The position numbers and the translations under genes are program-made. Of a stretch of DNA of 64,000 nucleotides, positions 44,816 through 54,700 are shown piece after piece. This DNA comes from Rhodothermia bacterium. Its GTDB lineage: Bacteria; Bacteroidota; Rhodothermia; Rhodothermales; JAAAOL01. The notes under the pieces were generated by a model. That model ran no database searches. It was given only the letters and a program-made list of their open reading frames with translations, and was not told where the DNA came from. The stretch lies in NCBI GenBank assembly GCA_030428385.1, contig JAUIDY010000015.1:854-64853 (forward strand), in the 5' to 3' direction. Each line of letters starts with the position of its first letter. Within the stretch, counting starts at the first letter, position 1.

Positions 44816-45145
44816 GTGCCGATGTTGCCGTATTTACTCCTCGTTGCGGGTCTTCTCATCACGGCGGTGTTGCTTGTGGCCTTTTTTATGCGCTTCGCTG
44901 CGCAGGGTGTTAAGCTCGAAGACGCCGACAATACCATCACCGCGCTCAACGAACATCTTCAGGCCCTACAGGCCGAGCACGAGCGCCTCACGCAACGTAT
45001 CCAAAACCTCGAAGCCATCGTTACCACCGAGGCGTGGGACGCCTTACCTGAACAACAGCGACAGGCCCTGATGGACCTCCCAGAACCCGCCGAACCCAGT
45101 CCCGAAGAAAAAGCCGCGCGATTGGCTCGCCAGCGTTCGGCCTGA
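44816..45145 (+). CDS. PspB-like small membrane coiled-coil protein (tandem paralog)
   Basis: The architecture matches the preceding gene. Shared motifs are QRIQNLEAIVTTEAWD and ARLARQ. Confidence 0.55.
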   Translation: MPMLPYLLLVAGLLITAVLLVAFFMRFAAQGVKLEDADNTITALNEHLQALQAEHERLTQRIQNLEAIVTTEAWDALPEQQRQALMDLPEPAEPSPEEKAARLARQRSA

Positions 45146-45154
45146 TGCCCACGA

Positions 45155-46006
45155 TCAAATCCGGCAGGTGCGGATGTCGGTGATGATGATGCCCTTTGCG
45201 CCCAGCGCCGACAGTTCGTCCATGATCTGATTGACGCTTTTCTTGTGCGCCATGGCCTTCACGGCCCGCCAATCGGATTTGCTGAGCGGCGCGATAGTGG
45301 GCGCCTCGATGCCGGGCGTGATCGCAACGGCGGTTTCCAACTGCGCCACCGGCACGTCGTATTCCACCATCACGTATTCGCGGGCTACAAGGATGCCGCG
45401 CAGCCGGTCGAGAAAGAGCTTGACGCCGTTGTTCTGCGCCGCCAGCGAAGCATCGCGCCCGACCAGCACCGCTTCCGATTCCAAGATCGGCTCGCCGACC
45501 ACCACCAGCCCCGCCTGTTCGAGCGTGCGCCCGGTCTGCACCACGTCGGCCACGGCATCAGCCACGCCCAGTTGAATCGAAATTTCGACGGCACCATCGA
45601 GGTGTACGACCGTCGCCTCCACCCCCCGCCGCGCCAGGTCTTGCTTGACGAGGTTGACGTACGAGGTGGCAATCCGCAAGCCGCCGAACTGATCGGGCGT
45701 GCGCCCACTTTCGCGCGGCACCGCATAGCGAAACGACGCCTTGCCAAATCGAAGCGGCATCAGTTCCACCAGTTCGGCCCCGCTGTCGGCGGTGAGGTCG
45801 CGCCCGGTGATGCCCATATCGAGCACGCCGTTGCTCACATACACGGCAATGTCACGCGGGCGCAGAAAATAAAACTCAACGTGGTTGGCGGCGTCGCGAA
45901 CCATCAGTTCCTTGCGGTCCCGGCGCACGCGGTAACCCGCTTCTTGCACCAGTTGCACCGCATCGTCAGAAAGAACACCCTTGTTGGGCAGCGCGATTTG
46001 TAACAT
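45155..46006 (-). CDS. hisG: ATP phosphoribosyltransferase (long form)
   Basis: MLQIALPNKGVLSDDAVQLVQEAGY, GVADAVADVVQTGRTLEQAGL and a C-terminal regulatory domain. Confidence 0.9.
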   Translation of the reverse strand: MLQIALPNKGVLSDDAVQLVQEAGYRVRRDRKELMVRDAANHVEFYFLRPRDIAVYVSNGVLDMGITGRDLTADSGAELVELMPLRFGKASFRYAVPRESGRTPDQFGGLRIATSYVNLVKQDLARRGVEATVVHLDGAVEISIQLGVADAVADVVQTGRTLEQAGLVVVGEPILESEAVLVGRDASLAAQNNGVKLFLDRLRGILVAREYVMVEYDVPVAQLETAVAITPGIEAPTIAPLSKSDWRAVKAMAHKKSVNQIMDELSALGAKGIIITDIRTCRI

Positions 46007-46115
46007 GGGGGTTGTGGGGTGGGGCAGAAATGGAAAAGCGAACGTGGTAAAACGTAGCCGTGCTACGCACCATCGCTGAAAGGACGTTCACGTTTTACGG
46101 TTCAGGTAGTTTTAC

Positions 46116-46379
46116 TCACAGGTAGCGATACACGTCTTCGAGATCAAGGTCGCACGCCAGCATCATCACCTGGATATGGTAGAGCAGTTGCGAGATTTCC
46201 TCGGCGGTTTTTTCGCGCCCTTCGTACTCGGCCGCCATCCACACCTCACCGGCTTCTTCCAGAATTTTTTTGCCGATAAAATGTGGTCCCTTTGCCAGGG
46301 CCTGCACCGTCCCCGAGTCCGGGTCCTGGGCCTCGGCCTTGCGTTTGAGTTCAGCAAACAGTTCCTCGAACCGTTTCAT
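46116..46379 (-). CDS. hisE: Phosphoribosyl-ATP pyrophosphatase
   Basis: [41 protein letters not shown] is typical of HisE. It sits upstream of hisG. Confidence 0.85.
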   Translation of the reverse strand: MKRFEELFAELKRKAEAQDPDSGTVQALAKGPHFIGKKILEEAGEVWMAAEYEGREKTAEEISQLLYHIQVMMLACDLDLEDVYRYL

Positions 46380-46478
46380 GGTACAGCGGGGTGGGTGGGG
46401 CAAAATACGCGGGTGGCTTCAAGCGGCTATCAACTACGACGCTACGCCCAAAACCTTCCGTTAAAAAGACGAGAATGT

Positions 46479-46531
46479 GGGGAATGGGGGATGGGGAATG
46501 GGGAATGGGGAATGGGGGGTGGGGGGTGGGG
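46479..46531. repeat. G-rich heptanucleotide tandem repeat (GGGGAAT/GGGGGGT, about 7.5 units)
   Basis: Eight consecutive G4-6 runs at 7-nt spacing, about 100 nt upstream of the hisE start codon. Confidence 0.8.
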
Positions 46532-46641
46532 TGATGTTCACGCAGGTCGCCGAAGAGACGTGCCGCGGCGCGTCTCGACGATGGGAAACACCACCAACAC
46601 CGCGACTATCGCCCTGATAGACCTGTGACTTGCCCACCTAG

Positions 46642-47103
46642 CTACACCACCACCGACATCAACGGCAGCACCCGCCCTTCCGGCACCGACGGCCAGTCGC
46701 CGATACGCCGGGCGCCCATCTTGGCATAAAACCCTTCAGCATACGGGTCCGCGACGATGTCGAGTTGCTGAATCCCAAGGGCCCGCGCCTGATGCAGGGC
46801 ATGGTCGAACAAGATACGCCCCAGCCCCTGCCCGATATAATCCGGGTCCACCCAGAGGTGCTCTATCTCGCCGGAAGCGCCATCTTTCGAGAGCGCATAC
46901 ACACCCGCAAGGGTACCGGCTCGTTCGGCACAAAAGACGTAGTGCTGATCCAGCGTGGCCTCGGTAAACGTGAGGTCGGCTTTCCAAAGCTCCATCCACG
47001 CCACCGGATAGCCCCAGTGGGCCTTGGCCGCATGGGCAATCTGCGTCAACGTCTCCAGATCGGCAGCGCGGGCACGACGGATATGAACAGGAACGTTTTC
47101 CAT
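46642..47103 (-). CDS. GNAT-family N-acetyltransferase
   Basis: Acetyl-CoA binding motif VDPDYIGQGLGRILF. The size and fold pattern fit GNAT. Confidence 0.8.
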   Translation of the reverse strand: MENVPVHIRRARAADLETLTQIAHAAKAHWGYPVAWMELWKADLTFTEATLDQHYVFCAERAGTLAGVYALSKDGASGEIEHLWVDPDYIGQGLGRILFDHALHQARALGIQQLDIVADPYAEGFYAKMGARRIGDWPSVPEGRVLPLMSVVV

Positions 47104-47201
47104 AATTTACAGGGACGCGAACTGGTTACCCCGCTTCTCTAAACATCCAGACCCTACAACACCCACACTCCCCTACCCCCACACATACTCCCGCCCCCAA
47201 C

Positions 47202-47570
47202 TCACAATTCTTCTGCGCGGCGTGCCTCCACCGTGGCCGGGGCATCCATCTCGATAAAAAGGCCCATAATTCCAAGGAAGGCCCATTCTTCCTCTTCGGT
47301 GCCTTCACCATCGAGGTCGATGCGGTAAGTGCTGAACAGAAAATAATTCTTATGTTCCGTGACGCGGTCCACATACGATCCGGCCAGACTACCACCCAGC
47401 GTGGAGAGGGCCCGCCCGATGGCGCTGTCACCCGTTTCATTCAGCAGCAGCTCTTCCGAACGCTCGCCCACAAACGTCCGAAACTTGTCCATGCCCGGAT
47501 TCAGCCAGAGCAACGCAATGATCACCAACACAGGCAGGACGGTCCATTTTGAGGGCATGTTCGACGACAT
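47202..47570 (-). CDS. Small membrane-anchored hypothetical protein (possibly DUF4359-like)
   Basis: N-terminal TM helix WTVLPVLVIIALLWL followed by a 100-aa soluble part. Confidence 0.55.
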   Translation of the reverse strand: MSSNMPSKWTVLPVLVIIALLWLNPGMDKFRTFVGERSEELLLNETGDSAIGRALSTLGGSLAGSYVDRVTEHKNYFLFSTYRIDLDGEGTEEEEWAFLGIMGLFIEMDAPATVEARRAEEL

Positions 47571-47609
47571 GGTACTAGCTCGTTGTGGATTTTCTAGGCA
47601 AGGCGACGG

Positions 47610-48308
47610 CTATTGGGCAGGCGTCGCAGGTTCGGGCGCCGTCATGGCAAAAACAAGGATATTGGTCCCCATGCGCAGGGCGGCTTCGCGCTTTTCAGGG
47701 GGGTTGTCGTGGACCGAGGGCGGCTCCCACCCATCGCCAAGGTCGGTTTCGTAGGAGTAAAACACGCAGAGCCGCCCGTCGCTGGTGAACAGGCCGAACC
47801 CCTGCGGCGGCTTGCCGTCGTGCTCGTGGATCTTGGGCAGGCCATTCGGAAACTCGAAGTGGGTGTGAAAGACCGGGTGGCTAAAGGGCAACTCCACGAA
47901 TTCCTGCTCGGGGAATACCTTTTTCATCTCGCGGCGAATGTGTTGATCGAGGCCGTAGTTGTCATCAATGTGCAAAAAACCGCCGTTTTCCAAATACCGC
48001 CGCAGCCGCCGCGCTTCGTCGTCGGTGTAGCGGACGTTGCCATGCCCGGTGAGATAGAGGTAGGGATAGGTGAAGAGCTTGGCAGACGAAAGCTCAACGA
48101 CATCCTCCTTCGGGGCCACATCCAGCAGGGTGTTTTGGCGGACGAACCGGAGCAGTTCTACAAGCGATTGCTCATCGCTGTACCAGTCGCCACCACCGCC
48201 ATACTTGACACGGGCAATCTGAAACGTGTATTCCTGCTGCGCCTGCGCGGGCGGCACCAGGCCCACCCCGCCAACAAGCACCACCAAAGCGATAATCCAC
48301 CGGCCCAT
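47610..48308 (-). CDS. DUF4159-like secreted protein
   Basis: Signal peptide, then ARVKYGGGGDWYSD, the hallmark of DUF4159 (from memory). Confidence 0.7.
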   Translation of the reverse strand: MGRWIIALVVLVGGVGLVPPAQAQQEYTFQIARVKYGGGGDWYSDEQSLVELLRFVRQNTLLDVAPKEDVVELSSAKLFTYPYLYLTGHGNVRYTDDEARRLRRYLENGGFLHIDDNYGLDQHIRREMKKVFPEQEFVELPFSHPVFHTHFEFPNGLPKIHEHDGKPPQGFGLFTSDGRLCVFYSYETDLGDGWEPPSVHDNPPEKREAALRMGTNILVFAMTAPEPATPAQ

Positions 48309-48419
48309 ATCCGGTTCTGAAGGTTAGTTCAACAGCACGACCTGTGGTGTTTCTACCCCGCCTCGGGCGATAAGTTTAGTACCAATCCACGGGGATATTT
48401 TATTCGATGCGTACCGATT

Positions 48420-51011
48420 ATGTATTTTCTTCGCTCCACGCCCCTTGCCTCCTGGATCTCGCTGGTGCTTGCTCTCCCCCACATATCCCTCAACGCCATA
48501 CGAACCGGCTGGTGGTTGCTGGCCGTGTTGTTGATGGCAACGGGGGCGCAGGCCCAGTCCATCGACCGGGCGCTGGCGTTTACCGACTCGGGCTACGTGG
48601 ACCTCGGCGACCCTGGCGATGCGTTTGACCTGGCCCCGGGCAGCGGACGCACCTTTGCGTTCTGGATACGCCACGACACCACGTTGTACCACGCCAAGCT
48701 GCTCGATAAGCGCACCAAGGGCGGCCCCGGTGCCACCGGCGTCTTCGGCTATTCGCTCTTTGTCCAGCAGTTCACGGGCACCCTGGGCGTCTACCTCACC
48801 CCGGTACGGCCGGTGCCCAGGGCCGATGCCTTCATTGGTACCGCCGGGCTGCGGCCCGTCATCGACAAAACATGGCACCATGTGGCCTTTGTCCAAGATG
48901 ACCGCCAGATTACCGCCTATGTGGATGGCACGCTCGATTTCAGCTACACCGTTCCGATAGACGACCTCGTGACGGACAAACCCCTCTGGCTGGGGTGGAA
49001 CAGCCGCGACATTGTGCATTTCAGGGGGCAGATGGACGAACTGATGATCTGGCACCGGGCGCTGTCCCGCCAGGAGATCCGGCGGGTGATGTACGACCGC
49101 CCGGAACCCGGCACCCCTGACCTTGCCGCGTACTGGTCGTTTGACGACGACGACCCCGCCGTAGTACGCGACGTATCAGGCAACGGGTACCACGGGCAGG
49201 GCTATCACGTCTACCGCATCGCCGCTTCTCGCCCGTTACATCCTCCGTTCCGCGAGACGTTCTGGTTTTACGTCGTGTGGGGACTCGCGGGGATTGCTGT
49301 TTTGACGAGCATCAGTTGGCTGTCGGCGGCGGGTCTACGGGCGCGAAACCGCCAGCTCGAAGCGCTCGTGCGCGAACGCACCGCCGAGGTAGAGCAGCAG
49401 GCCGAGGAACTCAAAACCCTCGACGCCGCCAAGTCGCGCTTTTTTGCCAACATCTCGCATGAATTTCGCACGCCGCTCACCCTTTCGCTGGGGCTGCTCG
49501 ACGACCTGCTGGGCGAGCGACAAGAAACGCTGACGGAGCCGGTCCGCACTGACCTCCAGCAAATCACCCGCAGCAACCGCATCTTGCTGCGCCTCGTGAA
49601 CCAGTTGCTTGATGTGGCCCGCATCGAAGCCCACGAACTCACACTGCAGATCCGCCGCATCGATCTGGCGCAGGTGCTGCGCCTCATCAGCGCCGCCTTC
49701 GCCTCGGTCGCCGAGCGCGACCAGATCACCTTCGACCAGGAGTTGCCTGCTACCTGCATCGGCTGGGTCGACCCGGAACAGGTAGAGTTGATCGTGACCA
49801 ACCTGCTCTCGAACGCCTTTAAGTTCACCCCCACGGGCGGACGCATCCGGGTGGAGTTGGAAACGGACGAGGAAACCGCCGAACTCCGCGTGCGCGATAC
49901 CGGCGCGGGCATCCCCGCCCACCAGTTGGCGCATGTCTTCGACCGTTTTTACCAGACCGACGACAGCCACCAGCAGATCGGGACGGGCATTGGGCTGGCG
50001 TTTGTGAAAGAAGTGGTGGCCTTGCATGGGGGCACGGTCGCGGTTGAAAGCACCGTCGGGTTTGGGACATGTTTTACCGTGACCCTGCCCACTACCCGTG
50101 CCCACTATGAAACCCTCGCTCATGTATCGCTTGTCGAAGCGCCTCTGGCGGACATGCCAGCGCCGCCCGAAGCCCCGCCTTCTTCACCGGAACCATTCGC
50201 CTCCCCCACCGCGCCTGCCCCGGCCCAAGAGGCGGCTTCCGAAGACCAGACAACCGTGCTGATTGTGGACGACAACGCCGATATTCGCGCCTTCATCCGT
50301 CGGCACCTCGGGAAAATCTATCACCTGCTGGAAGCGGAAGACGGCGAAGCCGCCCTGCAGGTCGCCCGCACCACCCTGCCCGACCTCGTGATCTCCGACG
50401 TGATGATGCCGCGCCTAGACGGCTTCGGGCTGGTGGAAGCCATGCGCGCCGATCCCGACCTCAACTTTGTCCCCGTCCTGCTCCTCACCGCCCGCGCCGA
50501 GCCGGAAGACAAACTGGCTGGACTTGGCCTCGGAGCCGATGCGTATCTGACCAAGCCGTTCTCCACCGAAGAACTCCGCCTGCGCGTCCACAACGCCATT
50601 GCGCGGCAGCAGCGGCTGCGGCATCGGTTGCAGCAGGAGTTGGCACACCCCACGAACGGCGCTGCGCCCAAGGTGCCGGGCGCGCCCAACCCCAACGGCT
50701 CCGCCTTCCTTGATGAGGTGCGGGCGGTGGCGCGGCAGCATCTGGCCGAAGAAGGCTTTGGCGTGGAAGCCCTGGCCGATGCGCTGGCGATGGAGCGCAC
50801 CACGTTGTACCGCCGCCTGCGCGAGCACACCGACCAATCCCCCACCGTGCTGCTCCGCGAACTCCGCCTCGACGAAGCTGCCCGGCTGCTGCGTGAAGGC
50901 GCGGGCACCGTCAGCGAGGTGGCGTATGCCGTTGGTTTTCAGAGCATTTCCTATTTCAGCCGACGCTTCAAAGAACGCTTCGGTACCTCGCCCTCGCAGT
51001 ATAGCGGCTGA
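48420..51011 (+). CDS. Hybrid sensor histidine kinase/response regulator with AraC-type HTH (LamG/ConA-like sensor)
   Basis: LamG-like N-domain (FAFWIRHD..WHHVAFVQDDRQITAYVDGTL..FRGQMDELMIWHRALSRQEI) followed by a TM helix. H-box SRFFANISHEFRTPLT. HATPase domain. Receiver VLIVDDNADIR..ISDVMMPRLDG. AraC-type HTH. Confidence 0.9.
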   Translation: MYFLRSTPLASWISLVLALPHISLNAIRTGWWLLAVLLMATGAQAQSIDRALAFTDSGYVDLGDPGDAFDLAPGSGRTFAFWIRHDTTLYHAKLLDKRTKGGPGATGVFGYSLFVQQFTGTLGVYLTPVRPVPRADAFIGTAGLRPVIDKTWHHVAFVQDDRQITAYVDGTLDFSYTVPIDDLVTDKPLWLGWNSRDIVHFRGQMDELMIWHRALSRQEIRRVMYDRPEPGTPDLAAYWSFDDDDPAVVRDVSGNGYHGQGYHVYRIAASRPLHPPFRETFWFYVVWGLAGIAVLTSISWLSAAGLRARNRQLEALVRERTAEVEQQAEELKTLDAAKSRFFANISHEFRTPLTLSLGLLDDLLGERQETLTEPVRTDLQQITRSNRILLRLVNQLLDVARIEAHELTLQIRRIDLAQVLRLISAAFASVAERDQITFDQELPATCIGWVDPEQVELIVTNLLSNAFKFTPTGGRIRVELETDEETAELRVRDTGAGIPAHQLAHVFDRFYQTDDSHQQIGTGIGLAFVKEVVALHGGTVAVESTVGFGTCFTVTLPTTRAHYETLAHVSLVEAPLADMPAPPEAPPSSPEPFASPTAPAPAQEAASEDQTTVLIVDDNADIRAFIRRHLGKIYHLLEAEDGEAALQVARTTLPDLVISDVMMPRLDGFGLVEAMRADPDLNFVPVLLLTARAEPEDKLAGLGLGADAYLTKPFSTEELRLRVHNAIARQQRLRHRLQQELAHPTNGAAPKVPGAPNPNGSAFLDEVRAVARQHLAEEGFGVEALADALAMERTTLYRRLREHTDQSPTVLLRELRLDEAARLLREGAGTVSEVAYAVGFQSISYFSRRFKERFGTSPSQYSG

Positions 51012-51134
51012 TGGGATTTGAGGTGGGGTCGGGGCCTGCGAAAGCGTGTACCTCGCCTCACCTGACTGGCTTTCTCATCGCAGAACACGGCACGCTACTA
51101 CCTGTTGCGAAAAATAGCGATGCGTTCACAAGGT

Positions 51135-51215
51135 GTCATGCCGGACCTGATCCGGCATCTCTCCGTCTGGCAACCGTGCCAACCGGGGAGATCCCGGATC
51201 GAGGTCCGGGATGAC
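51135..51215. repeat. Nested REP-like palindromes
   Basis: The two hairpins are ATGCCGGA/TCCGGCAT and ATCCCGGA/TCCGGGAT. The hairpins are inverted relative to each other (GTCATGCCGGA...TCCGGGATGAC). They lie in the 768-nt spacer before the giant gene. Confidence 0.6.
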
Positions 51216-51779
51216 AAACCGCCCATACACAACCGGAGTTGGAATTACCCGGCATTCCGCAGTTTGGCCCTTCCGCCGACCAGACACATGCAAGACTCCG
51301 ACGCGCGGGCAAAAGAGGCTGATGAAATAAGCACTTCCAATAAGTTCGGCATGACACCTCCGCTTGCAAAACACGTGCGTTTTCAAAATTAGACGTGTTT
51401 TTCGCCGAAAAAAGGCCTTGGCTTGCTCATTTGTTGCAGCGGCGTGCTCGTTCGTTGCGTTCTCTTGCTCGCTGGGTGCCTGCAACATCTGGGAGCGCGG
51501 CGGCCCTCCTCTGGTGGCTAGGTTTCGACCACGTACTCACGAAACCCGCTACCTGTTATGCCAACTTCTCCTCCGCCTGACCCCACGCATGCGGACGGCG
51601 TGCCGCCCCCCTCCGCCCCTCCTGACAGGGGCAACCCAACACCTCCCTACACCGCTTCCGAGCGGCTACACCTGGAGGTAGCCATCCTGCACACCAAGCG
51701 CACGACCGTACCGTCTGAGGTCTCGTCTCCCGCACGCGACAAACATTGATTGCTTCTCTAAACTGACTCCCCTAAATCG

Positions 51780-54700
51780 ATGAACACGTACGCCCTTCTC
51801 CCTCTTTCGTGCTTGCGGTCTCCTCTCCTCAGCACGCCTGCTTTCTGCCTTCGGTATGCTGTACTGCTGGCGGTGCTGTGCTTCATTGCTGTGCCCAGCA
51901 CCTTCGCCCAGGTGATCTACGTGGACGCCGATGCTGCAGGCGCTGGCACGGGCACCTCGTGGCCCAATGCCTTCCGCACCCTGCAAGAAGGGCTCGGGGC
52001 CGCTACCAGCGGCGACCAGATCTGGGTCGCCAATGGCACCTACTACCCCGACGTGGACAACGGCGGAGCCATCAACACCGACGACCGCACGGCCACCTTC
52101 CAGCTTCTCTCCGGCGTGGCCCTCTATGGCGGCTTCGCGGGCGGTGAAACCCTGCTCAGCCAGCGCAACTTTGACAGCAACCCGGCTATCCTCTCCGGCG
52201 ACCTGCTGCAAAATGACGGGGGCAACTTCACGGGCAACGGCGACAACGCCTACCATGTCGTCACCGGCAGCGGCACCAACAACACCGCTATCCTCGACGG
52301 TTTCGTCATCACCGCAGGCAACGCCAACGACGGAAGTGCCCCCCACAACCGGGGCGCTGGCATCTACATCGACAACGGAAGCCCCACGATAGCAGGCAAC
52401 ACCATCACGGAGAACAGTGCCTTTGCTGGAGGCGGGCTTTATCACCTCAACGGCAGCAGCCCTGCGATTACCAGCAACACCTTTTCGGACAACCGCGCCA
52501 TCGGCGGCGGCGGTGGGATCCTGAACAACGGCGGTACGGCCACTGTGACGGGCAATACCATCGCAGGCAATACAGCAGACGATGGCGGCGGGGTTTTCAA
52601 CTTCAGCAACACCGGCTTGATCACAAACAACACGATTGATGGCAACACAGCGACCGGTGAAGGAGGCGGCATCTACAACCTTCAAAGCAGCCCGATGCTC
52701 ACGGGCAACACGATTACGGACAATATCGCAACGTCCACAGGCGGCGGTCTCTTCAACGATCAGAGCAATCCGGTGGTCACGAGCACGATTCTCTACGGCA
52801 ACACGGATGTGACGGGCACGCCTGCGTTGAGCCAGATCTTCAACGTGGCCAGCACGCCGACGGTGAGCTACTCCCTGGTGGAGGGTGGTTTGTCGGCAGG
52901 CACCACCGATGGCGGCAACAACGGCACCAACGACCCGCTGCTTGGTCCGCTCCAAGACAACGGCGGCCTCACTTTCACACGGCTACCGGCTATCTCCTCA
53001 CCAGCGATAGATACAGGTACCTGCGCAGGACTCACTACGGACCAGCGCGGAGAATCCCGGCCCCATGATGCCCCGGATGCCACCTTCCCCAACACCGACG
53101 ACGGCTGTGATGTGGGAGCAGTGGAGCTTCAAGCCCCGGAGATCACGATATGTGGTACCGGGATCGGTACGTGCTACGTTGATGCCTCGGCCTCGGGCAC
53201 CGGCAATGGCATCTCGTGGACCGACGCCTTCACGACGTTGCAAGAAGCGCTCGCGCTGGCCACCAACGGCGACGAGATCTGGGTGGCTGACGGCACCTAC
53301 TACCCCGACGAGAACGACGGCGGGGCCATCAACACGGACGACCGTACGGCCTCCTTCGGGCTTAAAACCGACGTGGGTCTCTATGGCGGCTTCGCGGGCA
53401 GCGAGACCATGCGTAGTCAGCGCAACCCCAAAATCAATGTGACGGTGCTCTCGGGCGATCTGATGCAGAACGATGGGGCCAACTTTGCAAACAACGGTGA
53501 CAACGCCTACCACGTCGTGACGGCCAGCTTCTCCGGGATTCTTGATGGCTTTATCATTACAGCAGGCAATGCGAATAGCCCCGGCGACGCCACCGACCAC
53601 GACAACCGAGGAGCCGGCATATACGTCGGGGATGCCAGCCCAACGATTAACGGCAACATTATTACCAGAAACAGCGCAGTACGGGGCGGCGCTGGCCTCT
53701 ACCTGTTCGGTTTTGCGGATAACCCAACGATATCGCGCAACGTCATCTCAGAAAACAGGGCAGCTAGAAGTGGTGCTGGGAGTGGTGGTGGGATCTTGGC
53801 TTCTAGTCCTGGCGCAACGATCAGCCACAACACCATCATGAATAACGACGCCCATGCGGGAGGTGGCATCTACAGTATTGGCTTCCAGTTTATCACAGGC
53901 AATACCATCGTAGGAAATGCCGCTAGTAGCGGTGCAGGTCTGGTTCTTCTCGATGATGCCTCCCTTAAAGGGAACACCATTGTCGATAATTATGCGAGCT
54001 ATGAGGGAGGCGGGATTAACGTTCGCACACCCCGTGCCCCTCATCCGACGATCACGGCGACGATCCTCTATGGCAACAGCGACGGCGGCGGCACCGATGC
54101 CTCGGCGCAGATCCATATTGATTCCGGTGCTGCACCAACGGTAAGCTATTCCATCGTGCAGGGTGGCCTATCTGCTGGTATCATCGATGGCGGCAACAAC
54201 CTCACCGCCGATCCTCGGCTCCTTCCCCTGGCTGACAACGGCGGACGCACCCCCACCATGCTGCCGCTTGGATCCTCACCAGCCATCGATGCGGGCACCT
54301 GTGATGGGCAGACCACCGACCAACGCGGCGAACCTCGCCCGTATGATAATCCGAGCATTGCCAACGCCGACGACGCCTGCGACATCGGCGCGGTAGAGGC
54401 CCAGTCTGACGATCCGTATCAACTAGTGTGCAGTGGCATCTGCTACGTGGACGCCACGGCCACCGGCACCGGCGATGGCACCTCCTGGACCAACGCCTTT
54501 CCCATGCTTCAGGACGCCCTCTTCCTGAGTCTTTCCGGGAGCCAGATCTGGGTCGCCGATGGCACCTACTACCCCGATGAAAGTACCATCCTGGGTGTTG
54601 ATTCCGACAGCCGCAACGCCACTTTCCAGCTTCTCTCCGGTGTGGCGCTCTACGGTGGCTTCGCAGGTGGTGAGACGGCGCTCAATCAGCGCGACCCTGC

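Noticed and set aside
48324-49055. 243-aa minus-strand ORF overlapping the start of hybrid kinase 3.
   Set aside because: It overlaps the LamG-like sensor domain, which is well supported on the plus strand, and has no recognisable features.
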